Notes under the pieces: model-generated
Databases searched by the model: none
What the model was told of the DNA's origin: nothing
What the model saw: only the letters and a program-made list of their open reading frames with translations
From: a virus
Lineage: Duplodnaviria; Heunggongvirae; Uroviricota; Caudoviricetes
Reading direction: 5' to 3' (one strand)
DNA length: 64,000 bases
Virus record (IMG/VR): IMGVR_UViG_3300022821_000011
Location: 13,134-77,133 of that record
Shown: positions 41,068 to 51,830 of the stretch, one piece after another
Layout of the letters: each line of letters opens with the position of its first letter
Position numbering within the stretch: position 1 is the first letter of the stretch
Program-made: the position numbers and the translations under genes

Positions 41068-41999
41068 ATATCGGTTCCTTTTTTGTTGGTGCCGATATTT
41101 ATTATTCTGGTGTTTTCTACTAAATTCTTGGCTTCAATCCATCCATCAGATGTTAAAAATCTATGATCGTGTGATACAGTACATTTATGTCCATCATCAA
41201 ATTCAATTTCATAACACTCTTTAAATCCTTCTTCTAATGTCTGAGGGTTCCAAGTGTGTGTTACTTTTTTATTACCTTCTAATGTTTCAACAAAATCATC
41301 AATAGTTATATTTTCAATAGATTTTAAACCATTAGCAGTCAATATCTTAGTGCCTTCTACAACACATCCGCCACTAACAACTTCTCTACTATACATTTCC
41401 AATGATTTATACGTATGGTTCACAACCATCATTGGAATATCTTTTAAAGTAAGGTGTGGAGTTATCATTCTAAATAAAGATTTCATGGCTTTGGCTCTAG
41501 TCATATCAGCTACAACTTTTCCATCTAATGCATCATCAATTTCTTTTCTAGATGCTAAATTACCAATCGAATCTATTATAATACAAGCTTTATCACCACG
41601 CTCTAAACCATTTAACTGAGTCATCAAATCATGCTTAAGTTTTTCAATATCTGTAATTGGTGTATGAACAGTTCTTATTTTATCTGTTTCAAAAGAATCG
41701 AAATAAGATTCTGGAGTTCCAAATTCTGAATCATAAAACAAAATAGCTCCTTCTGGATATTGCTTTTGATAAGCTGAGCCAATTAAAAGAGAAAAAGCAG
41801 ATTTGAAATGCTTTGATGGACCGGCTAATACTGTAAGGCCAGGAGAAAGTCCTCCATCAATTCTGCCAGATAAAGCAACATTAACCATTGGCACTGGTGT
41901 TGGAATCATATCTTTCTTACCGTATACTTTTGATTCAGTAAGAATTGCAGTTTCTTTAATAGTAGAGTTTTTTAAAAGTTTTTTTACGAGTTCGTTCAT
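41040..41999 (-). CDS. uvsX: UvsX N-extein (aa 1-211, RecA-like) fused to the split-intein N-terminal half (starts CVVEGTKILTANG...)
   Basis: MVNVALSGRIDGGLSPGLTVLAGPSKHFKS is strongly T4 UvsX-like. The extein ends ...VVSGG, followed by Cys1 of the Hint domain. Confidence 0.8.
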   Translation of the reverse strand: MNELVKKLLKNSTIKETAILTESKVYGKKDMIPTPVPMVNVALSGRIDGGLSPGLTVLAGPSKHFKSAFSLLIGSAYQKQYPEGAILFYDSEFGTPESYFDSFETDKIRTVHTPITDIEKLKHDLMTQLNGLERGDKACIIIDSIGNLASRKEIDDALDGKVVADMTRAKAMKSLFRMITPHLTLKDIPMMVVNHTYKSLEMYSREVVSGGCVVEGTKILTANGLKSIENITIDDFVETLEGNKKVTHTWNPQTLEEGFKECYEIEFDDGHKCTVSHDHRFLTSDGWIEAKNLVENTRIINIGTNKKGTDICYTADIAI

Positions 42000-42272
42000 T
42001 TAATTTCCTTATTCATTAAGCAATAACAATAATTCTTTTTTATATTTTTCTAATACTTCTTTTCTATTTGGCCAATGTATATATGGCTTATCATCATCTT
42101 TCATAAGTTTTTCTATTAATGGCATTATCATTTTTTCTATTTTAAATAATTTATTAGTTGTTTTAACTCGTTTATCATTTAATTCTTTTTCTTTATTTGA
42201 TACTGCTTCTAAATTTGTTTCATCTATAGCAGAAAAACCAAAATCCCAGTCATCATCTTTCATTATTATATC

Positions 42273-44786
42273 CTATCCAAAAAATTCATCTAATGTCGCA
42301 GTTTTTTCAAGCGTCCATCCAATACTTGTTGTTATTTTTTTCACTGGATTTGCAAATGATTTATCAAATTGCTTATCATAATCAATGAATGATGTTAACC
42401 CAAATTCTTCAGGCAATTCTCCATGAGTTCCAATAACATTTTCATGTAGAGGATTTGGTACTTTAAGATAACAATATTTTATTTTATCACCACTCTTAAT
42501 CTTTTCCACTTTATTAGAAAGATTATGATCATCTACCATTTTATTATAAAGAATAGATGCTCTAACATGCATTGGAGTTCCAGTTCTATATAACTTAGCA
42601 GAATCAGCATATTCATTTATATTTTTAACTCCACTTGGAGTTGCAACGTCTTCAAAATTCATGCTGTTAAAATCTGTTTTAAAATTGGATATGAAATTCC
42701 AAAGCTTTTTCTGATCATCTTCCATTATAATTTTAATAGCATCTTTTATTTTGTCACGACATTTCATTGGTGTAGATGATCTAACAGATTCAATCCCTTT
42801 AATTTTAAGTACTGGTTCTGATAATCTAACTCCTTCATCATCAAACACATTCAAAACATATTTCTTTTTAGCTGTCCATATACCTCGATTAGCTATACAC
42901 TCTCTTTTCATATGCATCATTTGTTCATATGCGTTCATGACATCTGCTAATTCTTCATAGCTCTTGTCGATAAAAGGTATTATTTTCTTTTTACAAGAAA
43001 CATCAATAAAGTCTATAATTTCTTCTGTACTTTTTTCTGAACAGACTCTATTTACAAGCTCTTCGAAATTAACATATATTGAATCTGTATCAGCAGCAAT
43101 AACATAATCTTTATCTGTATTCAAAACCTTATTTAGATACTTATTAATTCTATTATCAATCCATTTTGTAGATAATTGTCCTGAAGAAGTTATAGCTTCT
43201 GCTAAAGCAAGAGAAAACCATCTAAAATATTCATTCGATAAAGCGCCATAAGCCGAGTTTAAAATAATCTTTTTTGCTAATTGCATATTATGATATTTAG
43301 AAATTTCATATTTGTACTTTGGATCTTTAGTTGTTTCATATAATCCTTTTGCTTCAATCATAAGTTCTTTGTATCGTTTACGATCATCATACATTTTTTT
43401 CATAAGTATTGGAAGAAAGCCAGACTTATCTTTTTTAAAGAAACAGCCATTTGGTGTAAAAGTTTGATTATTACTAAATGCTTTTACTACATCTTGGTAT
43501 TTCTCTAATTTTCCATCTATTATTTCGTCTAAAATTGATGAATTGTCTCTAAATTTAGGATCATAACTCGCTAATGTTTCTGGAGATATATTGTATTGCA
43601 TGATTAAATGCGGATACAGCGAGTCAAGGTCAAAAGAGCCAACCCATTTATACATACCAGGAATTGGTTCTTTAACATAGCCGCCCTCGATTTGATAGCT
43701 CTTAGTATTCTTCATATTATGAGGAATGACTATATTAGAATCTCTCAAATGATTGTGGATAATAGTGTCCCACATTCTAACTGATGTAAAAGCATCTAAA
43801 TAATTTGTAAGAGTCTCATATGCGATTGTAAAAATCTGAGAAAGAAAATTCAGCTTTTCATCTAATCTATAAACAAGATCAACGTCATGAATATTATATT
43901 CAATAAATTTTTGATAATTGTTTTTATATAAACTTTGAAGATCGCCATATTCAGAATAATCTATTTTTCTCTCACCAAGTTCGACTTGAGCTATAAAATC
44001 TAGTTTATACGATTCTTGGTTTTTAAAACTAAACTTTTTATAAACTTGCAAATAATCAAGAGTAGAAATACCAGCTAATATATAACACTGACTTATATCA
44101 TCAATATAACTATTATTAACTTCATCTAAAATTCTCCATGGTGAAAGCTCTTCGGCTCTATCATAACCAAGAATTCTAGTAATTCTATTAACTAAATATG
44201 GTATATCAAAAAATTCTATATTCCAACCAGTAACTACATCTGGAGAATAATATGGAGAATTCCAAACTTTAAGAAATTTATCTAATAAATCAGCTTCATC
44301 TGCACATTTTATATAACGAACATTTGGTTTATGCTCTTTATAATCACCACAGCCAAAAACAACAACATGATCTTTTTTACGCAAAGATATAGCAGTCACT
44401 TCTTTATTTGCTGTTTTAATATTTGGAAAACCGTCATCAGAAACAGTTTCAATATCAATTGTAACAATAGAAATATCGTTAGTATTATATTTTATATTTG
44501 AATATGAATCATAAAGATAATTATATAAGTAATGACTATAGCCATATATTTTAAAACTATCTACATCATTATATTTTTTAATGAAATTACGGGCATCATA
44601 GATAGTATCAAAATCGATTCTGTCTACGTTTTCACCAAATAATGTTTTGTATTTAGATTCTTTTTTTGTAGGAACAAAAAAGTAAGGTTTAAACTTAATT
44701 TTCTTTTCTACTTTATTTCCGTTTTTATAACCTTTAACAAGTATATAATTTTTATGTTGGAATACATTAGTATAAAATTCAGACAT
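42273..44786 (-). CDS. gp43: Family B DNA polymerase (T4 gp43-like)
   Basis: Exo I DIETVSDDG, pol motif A DLDSLYPHLIMQ, motif B KIILNSAYGAL, motif C YVIAADTDSIYV; SD AAGGAAG. Confidence 0.9.
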   Translation of the reverse strand: MSEFYTNVFQHKNYILVKGYKNGNKVEKKIKFKPYFFVPTKKESKYKTLFGENVDRIDFDTIYDARNFIKKYNDVDSFKIYGYSHYLYNYLYDSYSNIKYNTNDISIVTIDIETVSDDGFPNIKTANKEVTAISLRKKDHVVVFGCGDYKEHKPNVRYIKCADEADLLDKFLKVWNSPYYSPDVVTGWNIEFFDIPYLVNRITRILGYDRAEELSPWRILDEVNNSYIDDISQCYILAGISTLDYLQVYKKFSFKNQESYKLDFIAQVELGERKIDYSEYGDLQSLYKNNYQKFIEYNIHDVDLVYRLDEKLNFLSQIFTIAYETLTNYLDAFTSVRMWDTIIHNHLRDSNIVIPHNMKNTKSYQIEGGYVKEPIPGMYKWVGSFDLDSLYPHLIMQYNISPETLASYDPKFRDNSSILDEIIDGKLEKYQDVVKAFSNNQTFTPNGCFFKKDKSGFLPILMKKMYDDRKRYKELMIEAKGLYETTKDPKYKYEISKYHNMQLAKKIILNSAYGALSNEYFRWFSLALAEAITSSGQLSTKWIDNRINKYLNKVLNTDKDYVIAADTDSIYVNFEELVNRVCSEKSTEEIIDFIDVSCKKKIIPFIDKSYEELADVMNAYEQMMHMKRECIANRGIWTAKKKYVLNVFDDEGVRLSEPVLKIKGIESVRSSTPMKCRDKIKDAIKIIMEDDQKKLWNFISNFKTDFNSMNFEDVATPSGVKNINEYADSAKLYRTGTPMHVRASILYNKMVDDHNLSNKVEKIKSGDKIKYCYLKVPNPLHENVIGTHGELPEEFGLTSFIDYDKQFDKSFANPVKKITTSIGWTLEKTATLDEFFG

Positions 44787-44814
44787 TCACTTCCTTTACT
44801 TCAGCTTTACTTAT

Positions 44815-44843
44815 ATTATAATAAAAAAGACAGTAAATGTCAA
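44815..44843 (-). promoter_or_regulatory. Perfect sigma70 promoter TTGACA-17-TATAAT upstream of the DNA polymerase gene
   Basis: Plus-strand tgtcaa at 44838-44843. Confidence 0.6.
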
Positions 44844-45074
44844 TGTTAATTAGCTGATTTTACAACAAATCTTTGCTTTGGTCTAACAGAAAGAGTATGG
44901 TTTAAAACTACTTTTCCTCTATAAGTAGAAGTAATGGTAATTTTACGAACACCATTAGGAACGGTATAATAAGATTGAGCACATTTCTTTGCTGCTGAAG
45001 CTATTTCAGGAACCATCATATATCCAAACATCACAGACACTAATATAAGTAATGTATTTTTCATCTTTGTTGTC

Positions 45075-45470
45075 CTACTTCTTTTTTCCTATTGTGTATT
45101 TTGCTACTAAATTCCAGTTAGTTTTATCACTAAAAGGAATTATTTTTATTTGATTCATAGTCGCTAATGGCTCAGTTATAGACTCTGGATTAACTACATC
45201 TAGTAACTTCCATTCTTCAAGAAGCTTAATAATAGTATTTCTTCTTGCTACATCGTTTTCATCAAAGTTAGCTTCATTACCGTCTAAAAGAAATAATTCT
45301 TTAAAATGTGTAATAAAGTATTTTTGGCGTTTATGTAAAATATGGCATGATTGATATAAGGTATCTGTTTTTCTAGATGCAATACCAATTCTTGTCAACG
45401 TTTCTTTTATCTTCAAGAAGTCTTCGTCATTCTTTAATGTAACTTCTATTAGAGAATCTACTATATTCAT
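45075..45470 (-). CDS. regA: RegA translational repressor
   Basis: IEVTLKNDEDFLKIKETLTRIGIASRK...LYQSCHILHKRQKYFITHFKE matches T4 RegA closely. Confidence 0.85.
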   Translation of the reverse strand: MNIVDSLIEVTLKNDEDFLKIKETLTRIGIASRKTDTLYQSCHILHKRQKYFITHFKELFLLDGNEANFDENDVARRNTIIKLLEEWKLLDVVNPESITEPLATMNQIKIIPFSDKTNWNLVAKYTIGKKK

Positions 45471-45865
45471 TTTGAAACTCCACCTGTTCTTATTGCTTTT
45501 TTTATTTGTTTCAAATCATCGTCAGAAAGAAAAGCCATGATTTCTAATGTTTTTTTATGATTAACTTTAAAGAAGTTTTTCACCATATCAATATCATCAT
45601 CTTTTTGTTTCTTCAACCAAACATGTTTTCTACTCATGCTCCTGATGTTATTTATAAAATACGAATACTGCATATGATGATCTAAATCTCCATGCATATT
45701 CATCTCATTAGCATATAGAATACTATCAGCATAAAACGACAAAGCTCTATTTGTCAAAAATGGATTATAGTTTTTTTCAGAAGCTTCTTTGTCATCAGAT
45801 GTATCAATAAGATGCTTTTTAGTTTTAAGAATACTTGTTACATAATCAAAAGGATTTTCACTCAT
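45467..45865 (-). CDS. Probable clamp-loader small subunit (gp62 position), diverged
   Basis: Assigned from the synteny regA-62-44-45 only. Confidence 0.35.
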   Translation of the reverse strand: MSENPFDYVTSILKTKKHLIDTSDDKEASEKNYNPFLTNRALSFYADSILYANEMNMHGDLDHHMQYSYFINNIRSMSRKHVWLKKQKDDDIDMVKNFFKVNHKKTLEIMAFLSDDDLKQIKKAIRTGGVSK

Positions 45866-46036
45866 TATATAATCCTTCTGTTTTTTCTACCATGTATTCC
45901 ATAAACTTTTCACAATCATCACATACAAATTTGCTAATAGTTATAGACTTATCATTTTCATCTAGAACTTTCATTTCAAGTTTAGCTGGATCAGACGACT
46001 GAATTATTTCTTTACATATAAAACACTGTCTAGAAA

Positions 46037-46987
46037 TTATTTCCATTCTAACTCCACCATCATTTGTGTAAGACACGCAGCAAGATTTATTTCTTGATCT
46101 GCTACAAAAGCAGCTTTATATTGGTATTCACCAATGATTAAAACGAGTGGAGGGATGCTGGATGGCTTAATATAATCATATGCCATATCATAGAACTTAC
46201 GAAATATCGAAGTAGTATCTATATCAGAATTATCACTAACCCATTTTCTCATGTTTGTAAAATTTTTAGTTTTCAATGATTCTATAAGAATCTTAAAATT
46301 ATCTTCAGACACATTAATAAAAATACCTGAATCGATACTACCATTAACAGAATATCTCTGCAACTCGTTAATGACTCTTCTCCAATCTGGAAAATGAACA
46401 TTAACTAATTCAGCTACTGTAGCTTTATCATATGATATATTTTCACTATCTAAAATTCCACAAGCTTTTTTGAAAAATTGAGATGCTATTTTTGGTTTGT
46501 CTGATTTTTCAATTCTAAAAGGTATTACACTGCATCTAGACTGAAGTGGTTTTAAAATTCTATTAATAAAATTGCATGTGAGAATAAATCCACAATTCTT
46601 CGAATACTCTTCCATAAAATTACGAAGGGCAGGCTGAAAACTATTGGGATTTAAATAATCTGCCTCATCAAGAATAACATATTTTCGACCACCCTGAAAC
46701 GAAACAGAAGAAGCAAAATCAGATATCTCATTCCTAAGTGTATCGATATTGCCACTCAATGATCCATTGATAACTATATAGTCACATCCTATTTCTTCTA
46801 ACATTGCTCTAGCGATTGTAGTTTTACCTACACCAGAACCACCTGCTAAAAGCAAATTTGGAACTTGTTTATCATCAACGAATTTTTGAAAAGTCTTTTT
46901 TAAATCTTCAGGAAGTACGGTGTCCTGTACACGATGTGGCCTATATTTTTCGGTCCACACAAGTTCTTTCATAATATTGTTCATCAC
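46037..46987 (-). CDS. gp44: Clamp loader large subunit (T4 gp44-like, RFC family AAA+)
   Basis: WTEKYRPHRV...LLAGGSGVGKTT. Confidence 0.85.
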   Translation of the reverse strand: MMNNIMKELVWTEKYRPHRVQDTVLPEDLKKTFQKFVDDKQVPNLLLAGGSGVGKTTIARAMLEEIGCDYIVINGSLSGNIDTLRNEISDFASSVSFQGGRKYVILDEADYLNPNSFQPALRNFMEEYSKNCGFILTCNFINRILKPLQSRCSVIPFRIEKSDKPKIASQFFKKACGILDSENISYDKATVAELVNVHFPDWRRVINELQRYSVNGSIDSGIFINVSEDNFKILIESLKTKNFTNMRKWVSDNSDIDTTSIFRKFYDMAYDYIKPSSIPPLVLIIGEYQYKAAFVADQEINLAACLTQMMVELEWK

Positions 46988-47398
46988 TTATCCTAATCAT
47001 TTTATATATTTTTTAATTTCTGCAGAAAGTTCTTCATCAATAATTTTTATTAATTCTTTTTCTGCTCTATCATTTGGATCTATAACCTTACTTAAATTAT
47101 ATTCACATTTAAAAAATCTTTTTCTATTATTTTCAAACATATAAAATCTTACTTTTGGTATAAAACTTTCTTCATCAACACCATGTATTGAATAAATATC
47201 TATACCATCTATTTTTTTATATAAAGTATTATTCATTTGTTATCATACAGTTCATCAGTAATAGATTTTCTAATTTCTTCACCAATCTGCTCATTAGAGC
47301 AATCTAATAATTCTCTAATTGATATATCAATAGTCAATTCAACATTTGGTTCAAATGTTGTTTCTTTAATGTATTTACTAAAATTTGTAATCTTCATT

Positions 47399-48058
47399 TT
47401 ATTCTTCATATTTAGATTGCGCTTCTGTTGCAACCCAATAAACAATAGAATTCGATTTAAACTGCGAAATACCTTTTGATGATAAACTTACTTCATAATC
47501 ATTATTCATAAGCTTGAGATTTTCTGCTTTAAAAATCATATTAAAAGCTTTTTCTGTTACACCAACAGCAATAGAAAAAGAATCTGAAGAAGAAGACTTA
47601 TTATTCATGGCTTTAACATAAATTGTACCATCTTCGCCAACAATCGACATCTCAGGAACCTTAAGAACAGATAATGCTCTTTGCACTTTATTTAAATCAT
47701 CACTTGTAAGATTAAATACAATATCTACTGAAGGAAGACTCACTTCTTTATTAGGAGGAGAAATAACCATCGTTGGGTCTGTGTATACATATCTAATAGC
47801 TTTTTTATTTTCACTAATTTTCATATGATCATCAAAAAATTCAATTTCAGGATCACCAAAAAGACTCATTGCCCCAAGAAATTTTGATACTTCATATACA
47901 GCAAAATCCTTTGGAAAACTATCATCTATAGTTGCTTTAGCAAATATAGTTTTTTGTGGAGAAATAGTAGAAAGAACATTACCAGCTTTTACTGATAATG
48001 ATGGATTAATAGTCGCAAAGTTTTTAAGTATACTAAGCGTATTTTCAGAAATTTTCAT
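47399..48058 (-). CDS. gp45: Sliding clamp (T4 gp45-like)
   Basis: MKISENTLSILKNFATINPS is similar to gp45 MKLSKDTTALLKNFATINSG. Confidence 0.8.
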   Translation of the reverse strand: MKISENTLSILKNFATINPSLSVKAGNVLSTISPQKTIFAKATIDDSFPKDFAVYEVSKFLGAMSLFGDPEIEFFDDHMKISENKKAIRYVYTDPTMVISPPNKEVSLPSVDIVFNLTSDDLNKVQRALSVLKVPEMSIVGEDGTIYVKAMNNKSSSSDSFSIAVGVTEKAFNMIFKAENLKLMNNDYEVSLSSKGISQFKSNSIVYWVATEAQSKYEE

Positions 48059-48367
48059 ATTTTATGCACTCCATTTTTTAAAAAAATTCGACCAAATATT
48101 AGTTTTTTCATTTTTATATTCTATATCTAATATCAATGGCCAAACTAAACCATTCAAATTATAAATCATTACACCACTGTTTCCCACACCAGCAAAAGCA
48201 GCATCATATCCATCAAACCAAGATGTAATAGTATTGCCTATTGCTTCTCTATCACCATCTTTTTCAATAATAAATTTTCTATTCTTAGATTTTATTATAT
48301 CATGATAAGCTTTATTTGTCAATACTTTAAGCTTTTTCTTTTCTTTTGTCATTATATAAGTATTCCT

Positions 48368-49186
48368 TTATTCTATTTTAGAACTAGATAAATCTTTTGT
48401 AGATCTATTTGTTTTCTTCTTTAACTGACTTGGATCTGCTGTTGCAGAAGCTCCAATAGAAGCTAAATCTTGTAACGACCCTCCAAATATATAAGTGCCA
48501 ACGTGATTCATCTTCATCCATGGGCAGAACCAGACTTTACCACCTGCTTTTTGCACATCATAACAGAAAAGATAATCCTCAGATAAATATCTTCTAGAAT
48601 CTGGATCAATTGCAGCCTGGAAGAACATATGAATTTCTCTATCACCACTAAAGTGTTCTGTTCTAACATGATCTGGTTTATAGCTTTTTTCTGGATAAGA
48701 CTTCATATAATCTTCAAATGTTTTACGTCTGATCATCATGAAACCAGTTCCAATTTCTAAAACTTCTACTGGCTTATGAAGAGAAATCGAACCACTGCCC
48801 TGTTTTGGATTAAATACATAATCACCAACATACTTTTCAAGAACATTTGGGTCATCATCAGCAACACCACGATCTACAGCAAGTTTAATTTTTTCCCACG
48901 AAATACACTTCTTCGGATATGGCCCACCAATTACATCATATTCTGATTCGTCAGTCTGAAGAGCTAAAAGAGCTAATACATCTTTTGGATCAAATCCAAT
49001 GTCAGAATCGATAAACATAAGATGAGTCGCGCCAGATCTCATGAATTCATCACAACAATAATTTCTTGCACGAGTGACAAGAGATTCATTAAAAAGAAAA
49101 TACATCTGTAATGGAATTTGATATTGGGCGCACATAGCAGAAAGATCTGCAATCGATCTAGCAAACATTCCTGCACAATTTCCCAT
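48368..49186 (-). CDS. Putative GT-A-fold glycosyltransferase (DxD motif in LMFIDSDIGF)
   Basis: Motif-level only. Confidence 0.35.
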   Translation of the reverse strand: MGNCAGMFARSIADLSAMCAQYQIPLQMYFLFNESLVTRARNYCCDEFMRSGATHLMFIDSDIGFDPKDVLALLALQTDESEYDVIGGPYPKKCISWEKIKLAVDRGVADDDPNVLEKYVGDYVFNPKQGSGSISLHKPVEVLEIGTGFMMIRRKTFEDYMKSYPEKSYKPDHVRTEHFSGDREIHMFFQAAIDPDSRRYLSEDYLFCYDVQKAGGKVWFCPWMKMNHVGTYIFGGSLQDLASIGASATADPSQLKKKTNRSTKDLSSSKIE

Positions 49187-49544
49187 TTATATTCGCATAG
49201 ATTCGTAATATCTATACCGCTTTCGCTGCTTTATATTGCTATAAAGATTAGACTATATCTTCATCCCAATTTATTGGGAGCTGGGCGCTTCGAAAACCAT
49301 GTACTTGTTTTCTACTCCTTTCGGATAGTCGTTGAACCTTCCATTTTTCAATGGCTTGGCTGCTGATAATCCACGCGGGACGTCCCAGCAATTCACCCAG
49401 TTATCATCTTTAAATTACTTTAAAGTGAGGCAGATTTACCATACATAGGAGTTGCAATGAACAATTTCTTTTTTCTTAATTCTTCAATTGGAACTTTTAA
49501 TTGAAATCCTTGATTTGGTGCTTGTTCTTCTTTTTGTTCTTCAC

Positions 49545-49895
49545 TCATTCTTTTTTATTCCCTAAGTTATTTACATCATGGTTGTGTAATTGTATCATTG
49601 TGTAATGAATAATTTTTAAAAGATCATTACGATTATACCCAGCTTTTCGCCCATATCTTTGAGCATATTTTAAAATATTTCCCATACAAAAACCAGTGCC
49701 GTGACCGGAGTCCAAAATGAACTCCGTGGCTTGATACTTGTTTGAAGAATAATGTTCTTGATAAGTTGAGTCAACATATTGTTGCATCTCATCAATATAT
49801 TTATTCTCATTATATTTGTAATTTGGGGATTCGTCTGGAAATATCGTAAATTTGATTCCAGGTTTTGTTGTTTTATTCATTTCATCATCTTTCAT
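49545..49895 (-). CDS. DUF3310-like phage protein, with a T4-type late promoter TATAAATA 18 nt upstream
   Basis: Plus-strand tatttata at 49913-49920. Confidence 0.4.
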   Translation of the reverse strand: MKDDEMNKTTKPGIKFTIFPDESPNYKYNENKYIDEMQQYVDSTYQEHYSSNKYQATEFILDSGHGTGFCMGNILKYAQRYGRKAGYNRNDLLKIIHYTMIQLHNHDVNNLGNKKE

Positions 49896-49924
49896 AATAA
49901 AGTCCTTACAAATATTTATATAGT

Positions 49925-50629
49925 TTAGGCTGAAGCTTTAGAAGTACTTGTATTTTTATTTTTCACAAGTTCTTTTCTATCAGAATCGCTATATATTGCG
50001 TCCATCTTTGCTGCGGCAGATCCTACTGAAGCAGAAGAAGCAGCAAAAGCCGAATTTCTAGAAGCAAGATCACTAAATGTACCTCTCAAATTAGACTTAT
50101 TAAATGTAGCAGAATAATCGCCTTTAAAACCATAATTCATACCAGCAGCAAAGCCATCTTGATCAGCACCAAGATAAATCATAAGCCAATCATCATTTTC
50201 TTTCTGAGAAATAAGCTTCTTAATATCATCAGCCTTAAATTCCTTAGAATGATTTTCATGGCCATCTGTTATTACGACAAAAGCTACAGCTTCATTCTTT
50301 TCAAGCTTTACTTTCTTATCAATAAACTTAATTGATTCGCCAATAGCATCAAACAAGTTTGTCATACCATTTGGTTGATATTCATCAACATGTCTCTTAG
50401 CTTCTGTTGGTGAAACACATTCACAGACATTTTTGATCTTATCACCTTCAAAGAATGTAATAGATACTGATGTGCTTTCTTGGTCAACCGATGTCAAATA
50501 CTCATTAAGAGCTTCTACTGTTTGATTTCTATCAGCCATCATAGATCCAGACTCATCTACAACTAAATGAGCATATAGTTTACCAGTGTTCTTTTTAATT
50601 AATTTTGCCATTATTTTTTCCTTATTCAA
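49925..50629 (-). CDS. vWA-domain protein (MIDAS VVDESGSM ... NGMTNLFDAIG)
   Basis: DxSxS ... T ... D MIDAS residues. Confidence 0.65.
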   Translation of the reverse strand: MNKEKIMAKLIKKNTGKLYAHLVVDESGSMMADRNQTVEALNEYLTSVDQESTSVSITFFEGDKIKNVCECVSPTEAKRHVDEYQPNGMTNLFDAIGESIKFIDKKVKLEKNEAVAFVVITDGHENHSKEFKADDIKKLISQKENDDWLMIYLGADQDGFAAGMNYGFKGDYSATFNKSNLRGTFSDLASRNSAFAASSASVGSAAAKMDAIYSDSDRKELVKNKNTSTSKASA

Positions 50630-51830
50630 AAAATGTTTCTAGTGTGTTTTGTTTTTCATTCCAATTATCATGAGACTTATTCAAATTACTTTGAAATAAG
50701 TAATCTGTCTCGATGAATTCACGATTACCATCAATCACATTCTTTATTTCTGTTGCCATATCCTTTGATGTTTTATAATGAACATTTTGGCAAATGTGAT
50801 TAACCGATTTAGTTGGATTTAATAGCTCAAAATCAGCTGGTAAACCCATAATAGTCATTGCTTCTCTATATGTTATATAGCGATCTTCATATGGATGAGT
50901 CAGAACATTTGGATAATGCCCAACAAAAGCTCCAATATAATCTTTTGGTATAATAGTTCCCCTTCTCATAATATTACCGCCGGCTGCTAATTTATGAAAT
51001 TTTCTATTACATTTTGGAACTTCTCTATCATATCCATTTTTAGCCATCCATTCTCCAACAACATCATATGTATAACCGGCTCTTTCGATTAAAGACTCTA
51101 TATCATTTCCTCTAACATTCTTTGTTTCAAGAACATCAAAAAACTCACGATGAGTTATGCCACCATGTATTTCTTCTAACATATATCTATAATATGGATC
51201 ATCTTTTGATGGTGTTTTAGAGTTGATTGGCTCCATCTGAAAATTGCTAGTAACACCAGTAATAACATCTTCAATTTTATCATGGGGTCTATTAAAATAT
51301 TGAAGCAGTGGTGTTTTTTCTCCAAATTCTTTTTTGTTCCAAAAGAAATAAAACGATCTTTTTCTGAATTGAGGAACACCATGTAATATATTTTTAGTTA
51401 AATATAAACTCATTCCATAACCATTCTTAAGAGAAATATCTCTTAATTTATCAAGCATGAATTTACCAATCTTCCCTGCTAGCGCTGGGGCATTCTCACC
51501 CCAGAACACTAGTGGCTTTACCTCGCCTAAAACATAATTAGCAGTCTTTTCCATCCATTGATTATTTTGATTATCTTCTCCAGCTTTATGATGATATTGA
51601 CTTAGACCAGCGCATGGACATACTGAAGAAACAACATCAATTGGATAAGGAAAAGAGCCACCTTTATCAAGAAGATAATAAGGAACTTCATTATTATAAT
51701 AATTTAATAAATGAGATTCATTTGCTTCAAATGGTGAATAACTTAAAATATACTCAGGTCTATTTCCCCACACTTCATCAGAAGCTAGAACTTCTCCTCC
51801 TATAAGTGGTATTATACTAGCGTGTTTCAT
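50622..51830 (-). CDS. C5-cytosine-DNA-methyltransferase-like protein
   Basis: Motif I-like IPLIGGEVLA (compare LFAGLGGFRLA), motif IV-like SVCPCAGLSQ (compare GFPCQAFS), motif VI-like WGENAPAL (compare ENV). Confidence 0.45.
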   Translation of the reverse strand: MKHASIIPLIGGEVLASDEVWGNRPEYILSYSPFEANESHLLNYYNNEVPYYLLDKGGSFPYPIDVVSSVCPCAGLSQYHHKAGEDNQNNQWMEKTANYVLGEVKPLVFWGENAPALAGKIGKFMLDKLRDISLKNGYGMSLYLTKNILHGVPQFRKRSFYFFWNKKEFGEKTPLLQYFNRPHDKIEDVITGVTSNFQMEPINSKTPSKDDPYYRYMLEEIHGGITHREFFDVLETKNVRGNDIESLIERAGYTYDVVGEWMAKNGYDREVPKCNRKFHKLAAGGNIMRRGTIIPKDYIGAFVGHYPNVLTHPYEDRYITYREAMTIMGLPADFELLNPTKSVNHICQNVHYKTSKDMATEIKNVIDGNREFIETDYLFQSNLNKSHDNWNEKQNTLETFFE

